From the NCBI GenBank assembly GCA_963741955.1, contig CAVUKB010000004.1, positions 160,001 to 224,000 on the forward strand: a stretch of 64,000 nucleotides of DNA, given 5' to 3'. The notes beneath the pieces are model-generated. The model was not told the DNA's origin. It saw only the letters and a list, made by a program, of their open reading frames with translations, and ran no database searches. This stretch comes from an uncultured Acidobacteriota bacterium (GTDB lineage: Bacteria; Acidobacteriota; Thermoanaerobaculia; Gp7-AA8). Below, piece after piece: positions 59,661 to 64,000 of this stretch. A program made the position numbers and the translations under genes. Each line of letters starts with the position of its first letter. Within the stretch, counting starts at the first letter, position 1.

Positions 59661-60239
59661 ATGGCGAACCCGAGACAGGACAATCCGCAGCAGCACCCGA
59701 CAGAGCGCGAGCGAACCGCGCGCAATCGCGACATCGAAAAGCGTCAGCACCGCGAGAACCTGCCGACCGCGCGTTATTCGCCGGCCCGATATTTCGATCC
59801 ATTCGAAGTGATGCGATCGATGCGTGACGAGATGGATCGCATCTTCGACACATTCAGCTTCGGAACGCTGGGGAGAAATCCAGCGCTTCCGACGGAACAG
59901 GCCGCGCGCCACTGGTCTCCGCAGATCGAGATGTTCGAGCGCGGAAACAGGCTGGTGGTCCGCGCCGATCTGCCGGGGATGAAGAAGGACGACGTGAGCG
60001 TAGAGATCGAGAACGACGTACTGCGTCTCGAGGGCGAACGGACGAGCGAATCCCGTGAGGAGAAGGAAGGCTTTTTCCACACGGAGCGCAGCTACGGCCA
60101 CTTCTATCGCGCGATCCCTCTCCCCGAGGGAGTGCACGGGGAGAACGCCCGGGCGAACTTCCATGACGGCGTGCTGGAGATCGAAATGGACGCGCCGAAG
60201 CAGACGCGCGAGAACCGTCGCAGGATCGACGTGAAGTGA
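59661..60239 (+). CDS. Hsp20/alpha-crystallin small heat-shock protein
   Basis: WSPQIEM, RADLPGM, ERSYGHFYRAIPLP, ANFHDGVLEI; AAGGAGG RBS. Confidence 0.96.
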   Translation: MANPRQDNPQQHPTERERTARNRDIEKRQHRENLPTARYSPARYFDPFEVMRSMRDEMDRIFDTFSFGTLGRNPALPTEQAARHWSPQIEMFERGNRLVVRADLPGMKKDDVSVEIENDVLRLEGERTSESREEKEGFFHTERSYGHFYRAIPLPEGVHGENARANFHDGVLEIEMDAPKQTRENRRRIDVK

Positions 60240-60405
60240 TCCGGGTCGTTGCTCCGGAATCCGGCAGGGTGGCGTCGCGCGCCGCCCTGCATCGATCAGA
60301 GCGTCGAGCGGTTGCCTTCCGGTCACCGTTTCGGTGAAGATGCATCGAATCCGTCGAAATCGTCCGCATCTCCATCGAGACCGTCTGCACCGGAAGGGGA
60401 GGTTC

Positions 60406-61302
60406 ATGCGTCGCATTCCTTCGTTACTGCTCGTTGCCTCGATTCTGCTCCTGCCGGCCGTCGCGCTCGCGCAGCCGGTGCAGTACATCCACGAAGATCT
60501 CGAGTTCGACCGCCCCGAATCGTGGGCGATGAAGTACTTCGCCTCGATCTCGCTCCTTTCGACTCTCGCTGCCCCCCGTGAGCGACCCGCCGGAGCGATC
60601 GACGCGTCGCTCGAGCTGTCGACGATCCCGTCGCTCTCGGCGCGGGAGCGGACGGTCGGTTTTCACGGGACGAAAGAAGAGGACCTGAACAAGCTGCCGG
60701 CGCTGGTCCGGCCGCGCGTGACGATCGCACTTCCTCGCGATTTTTCCGTCACCGCGGCATGGGTCCCGCCGGTGGGACTCAACGGCGTGCGTGCGAACAT
60801 CGTCTCCCTCGGTGTCGGAAAGGCGATCTTCAGACGCGACGTCTGGAATGCGGCGGCGAATCTCTACGGGCAGAGCGGAACGATCAGGGGAGCGTTCACC
60901 TGTCCGGAAGATTTCGTGAAGTTCGACCCTCAGGGGCTGTATGGCTGCGAGCGGCCATCGAGTGACACGACGAAGCTGCGATACGTCGGACTGGAGCTCA
61001 GCGGCGGACGCCGCATCACTGCACTCGGCTCCCCGACGCTCCAGATCTCGGGAGCGGTCAACTATCTCGACCTCGATTTTCAGGTGAATGCGTTGACCTT
61101 CGGCTTCATCGACCGGCGCCACATGTTCGCTGACGGAACGACGTGGACGGCCGGAGCCGGCGCGACCTGGGCGGTCGCTCCGCGGACGGACCTCGGCGTG
61201 AACATCTTCTATGCGCCGCTCGGCATTCGAAGGCTCGACGCAAACGTCGAGAACGATCCGCTGGTCAACGCGCGGATTCTGCTCCGCTACCGGCTGCGCT
61301 AG
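60406..61302 (+). CDS. exported protein, probable outer-membrane beta-barrel
   Basis: Signal peptide (ALA-Q), alternating amphipathic strands, C-terminal RILLRYRLR; GGAGG RBS. Confidence 0.7.
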   Translation: MRRIPSLLLVASILLLPAVALAQPVQYIHEDLEFDRPESWAMKYFASISLLSTLAAPRERPAGAIDASLELSTIPSLSARERTVGFHGTKEEDLNKLPALVRPRVTIALPRDFSVTAAWVPPVGLNGVRANIVSLGVGKAIFRRDVWNAAANLYGQSGTIRGAFTCPEDFVKFDPQGLYGCERPSSDTTKLRYVGLELSGGRRITALGSPTLQISGAVNYLDLDFQVNALTFGFIDRRHMFADGTTWTAGAGATWAVAPRTDLGVNIFYAPLGIRRLDANVENDPLVNARILLRYRLR

Positions 61303-61490
61303 AGCTCGGGGTTCGGAACCTTCGGTTCGATTCGGAGGATGAACGGGATGGCGATGGAGCAGAGTGCGATTCCGACGAGGATGAGAGCGACTTGCATGAT
61401 GGTCTCCCGACGAGGCGTTGTGTGGCGAGAACAGGATACGCCCTTGTCGGGATTCCGGATGACGGATATCCCGTCGCGAGGATCGAGCCC

Positions 61491-62122
61491 GAGGGGTGCG
61501 GATCCTCCGATCCGCCGCGAGAATCGTGTTGTACGCGATGAAGAGGGAAGTTGGTGTGGGCGCGGAGCGTCGGTGATTCCGGAGGTCCGCTTCGCTTCTG
61601 CCAAAGGGATGGTCTCGATCCGTTTTGAACGCGATTGTCTCGGCGGATCAGAGGATCCGCGCCCCCTGGCGCGTGTTCCCTGAGGCGCGAGAATCGTGTT
61701 GTACGCGATGAAGAGGGAAGTTGGTGTGGGCGCGGAGCGTCGGTGATTCCGGAGGTCCGCTTCGCTTCTGCCAAAGGGATGGTCTCGATCCGTTTTGAAC
61801 GCGATTGTCTCGGCGGATCAGAGGATCCGCGCCCCCTGGCGCGTGTTCCCTGAGGCGCGAGAATCGTGTTGTACGCGATGAAGAGGGAAGTTGGTGGTGG
61901 GCGCGGAGCGTCGGTGATTCCGGAGGTCCGCTTCGCTTCTGCCAAAGGGATGGTCTCGATCCGTTTTGAACGCGATTGTCTCGGCGGATCAGAGGATCCG
62001 CGCCCCCTGGCGCGTGTTCCCGAGGGGTGCGGATCCCGCTCGGCGGGATCCGCAGCGAAAATCGTGTTGCACGCGATGGAGAGGGAAGTTGGGGGTGGGC
62101 GCGGAGCGTCGGTGATCCGCGG
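61491..62122. repeat. tandem array of the same REP-like family as 40100..41248 (three units with 170-bp period plus a partial fourth)
   Basis: GAATCGTGTTGTACGCGATGAAGAGGGAAGTTG at 61521, 61691 and 61861, variant at about 62059; shares GCGGATCAGAGGATCCGCG and GGGATGGTCTCGATCCG with the 40-kb array. Confidence 0.92.
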
Positions 62123-62163
62123 GATTCCCCGAGCACGCCGGATCGGATATAAGTGCGGTTCGC

Positions 62164-62655
62164 ATGGACGACAGACATCTCCGCATCGTTCCCGCCACCG
62201 AAGCCGACGTTCCGCTGCTTCTCTCCTTCATCCGGCAACTCGCCGAGTACGAGCGTCTCGCGCATGCCGTCGTCGCGACGGAGGACGACGTGCGACGTTC
62301 ACTCTTCGGCGAGAAACCGGCCGCGGAGGCGCTCTTCGCGATGTGGGACGGGGAGCCGGTCGGCTTCGCGATCTTCTTTCACAACTTCTCCACGTTCCTC
62401 AGCCGGCCGGGACTCTATCTGGAAGACCTCTTCGTCAAACCGGAAATGCGAGGGAAGGGAATCGGAAAAGCGATCCTCGTGCATCTCGCGCGGATCGCGC
62501 GGGACCGCGGCTGCCGCCGCTTCGAGTGGGCGGTCCTCGACTGGAACCACTCTGCGATGCGCTTCTACGAATCGCTCGGCGCGAAGGCGGTCAGCGAATG
62601 GACCATCTTCCGGCTCGCCGACGAAGCGATCGACCGGTTGGCGGAGGAGAAGTAG
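62164..62655 (+). CDS. GNAT N-acetyltransferase (diamine/thialysine acetyltransferase-like)
   Basis: LAEYE, FSTFLSRPGLYLEDLFV, RGKGIG, EWAVLDWN. Confidence 0.93.
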   Translation: MDDRHLRIVPATEADVPLLLSFIRQLAEYERLAHAVVATEDDVRRSLFGEKPAAEALFAMWDGEPVGFAIFFHNFSTFLSRPGLYLEDLFVKPEMRGKGIGKAILVHLARIARDRGCRRFEWAVLDWNHSAMRFYESLGAKAVSEWTIFRLADEAIDRLAEEK

Positions 62656-62684
62656 ACCCGGAGTGAGCCGAACGTCCGGCGTCG

Positions 62685-64000
62685 CTATCTGTCCACCACC
62701 GTGACGTGCGTCTCGTCGCCGTTCGCCCGGATCTCCGGAACGTACATCGCCTCGCCCATCAGTGGCAGCGCATGGAACGTCCCGGGCGTTTCCGCCCGCA
62801 TCGCGTACCGGATCTCCCAGATCCCCTCCGGGAGGCGATCGACGAAGAGGGCGACCTTCCGGTCGCGGAGCTCCTGGTAGACCCAGGCCTGGCGTCCGGT
62901 GTACTCGGCCTGGGGTGACCGCTCCGGTGCGGCCGCGGGCCGCTTCTCCTCCGGCGTCTCGGCCGCGTGGTTGCCGAAGCGCCGGATCGACGCATCCGCT
63001 CGCAGCTCGCGCGCGAAGATCGGCTCTCCACTGCGGAGCTCCACCGCTTCGAATCCTGCAGGCTTGAGGTCCTCGAAGAGGAGGTACTGGTAGTCGTTCT
63101 TTCCTTCGACCGTGAGGACGACTTCGACGCGATCGCCGCTGGTGAGGCGATCACCATCGCGGAGAGGGACTTTGTCGTACTGGTAGCCGGAGAGGAGAGT
63201 GGGCCGGCCGACGATCCGATAGTAGTCGCGTCTCACGAAGATCTCGTTTCCTGCGGCGCGGACCGGTTCCTCCAGACTGAAGAAACGAGCCTCTGCGGAG
63301 AAGTAGAGCGGAGCGCTCCCCTTCGTCCGCTCGACGCGGATCTGGTTCTCGCCGTCGCGGATCCACTTCGGGTCGACCGCGAACCGCGAGGGGGCCGAGA
63401 TCAACTCGCTCTTCGAGAGCGTCCGCGACCCGATCGGGTGGCCGTTCACGGTGAGATCGAACGAGACCGGCGAGGCGATCTCGCCCGAGGCGCGAAGATA
63501 CTCGTCGAGAGTGAGGACCGTGATCGCGGTATCCCGGGTGTTGTTCCACTGGGCACCTCGCCGGTTTCGGACCAGCCAGTTGGTGACAGGCTCGATCAGT
63601 GCGTTTTCCGGATCGATGGCGACGAGTGCACGGAGTGCGAAGGCGGTCGTCTCGACCGGACTGTCGCTCCAGCGCCACCAGATGCCGTCCGCACCCCAGT
63701 GGGCGGTTGCGAGCACGTTCGGATTGCTTCCGGTGGTGCGGATCAGAATCGAACGGTCGGGTGAACGGTCGATCTTCACTCCGTTCTCCAGGTTGCGGAC
63801 GAGTGTCGTCGCTCTCGCAGTGTCGCCGAAGTGGTGCGCTGCGATGGCGAGGAGGGCGCGGCCGTACGTGTTCAGCCTCTCGCGGTTGGAGAAGAGATTC
63901 TCGAGAGCCTTCTTCTCGAACGTGGCGGGCGTGCTCGACGGATGCGCAACGGAGAGGGCGTGGAGCATCCATGCCTGAAGATCGAGATCGTTCTCTTCCT
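62685..64000 (-). CDS. alpha-2-macroglobulin family protein, C-terminal part (open at window edge)
   Basis: VETTA, WNNTRDTA, GDRVEVVL, EDLKPAGFE, ELRDRKVALF, RAETPGTFHALP...AMYVPE. Confidence 0.92.
   Translation of the reverse strand, partial: EENDLDLQAWMLHALSVAHPSSTPATFEKKALENLFSNRERLNTYGRALLAIAAHHFGDTARATTLVRNLENGVKIDRSPDRSILIRTTGSNPNVLATAHWGADGIWWRWSDSPVETTAFALRALVAIDPENALIEPVTNWLVRNRRGAQWNNTRDTAITVLTLDEYLRASGEIASPVSFDLTVNGHPIGSRTLSKSELISAPSRFAVDPKWIRDGENQIRVERTKGSAPLYFSAEARFFSLEEPVRAAGNEIFVRRDYYRIVGRPTLLSGYQYDKVPLRDGDRLTSGDRVEVVLTVEGKNDYQYLLFEDLKPAGFEAVELRSGEPIFARELRADASIRRFGNHAAETPEEKRPAAAPERSPQAEYTGRQAWVYQELRDRKVALFVDRLPEGIWEIRYAMRAETPGTFHALPLMGEAMYVPEIRANGDETHVTVVDR

Noticed and set aside
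60264-60290. Hairpin after hsp20 as an intrinsic terminator
   Set aside because: An 11-bp GC stem is present but there is no U-tract, so it is not called.
61299-61397. 32 aa hydrophobic minus-strand ORF MQVALILVGIALCSIAIPFILRIEPKVPNPEL
   Set aside because: Has a GGAG upstream and could be a small protein or gene remnant, but it is too short to support without homologues.
61265-62265. ORFs spanning the 61.5-62.1 kb repeat
   Set aside because: Repeat-derived translations with no RBS or family motif.

Overview
GC-rich bacterial DNA, probably Acidobacteriota (Thermoanaerobaculia-like; inferred from an RHRAVRR motif after a signal peptide and from the type of Y1 transposase). It has two parts. 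(1) 1-20.6 kb is a heavily rearranged polymorphic-toxin island. It holds four RHS core + C-terminal toxin + immunity cassettes (two HNH-like and two PD-(D/E)XK-like toxins), and the three cores visible far enough upstream carry an unusual 180-200 aa insertion. The cassettes are punctuated by ends and remnants of a GGGGTCA-terminated Y1 (RAYT-like) transposase element. The island also contains a frameshifted IS66, a MITE, an IS481-like rve element, an intact IS256, two type II toxin-antitoxin pairs and the 3' end of a class C group II intron. (2) 20.6-64 kb is mostly chromosomal. It carries a GT2/methyltransferase/GT-C trio, an uncharacterised molybdopterin-FeS-Rieske-TDT operon, otsAB, a MocR regulator with a visible operator, two REP-like tandem arrays and a PAS histidine kinase. 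It also has a six-gene operon (HD protein, PrpD, fungal-type homoaconitase, homoisocitrate-dehydrogenase-like enzyme, CitD-CitE fusion, CitF) suggesting an undescribed homocitrate pathway, followed by ettA, hydrolases, Hsp20, a GNAT and the 3' part of an alpha-2-macroglobulin gene. No rRNA, tRNA or CRISPR array was seen. All family calls come from motif recognition by eye; no searches were run.
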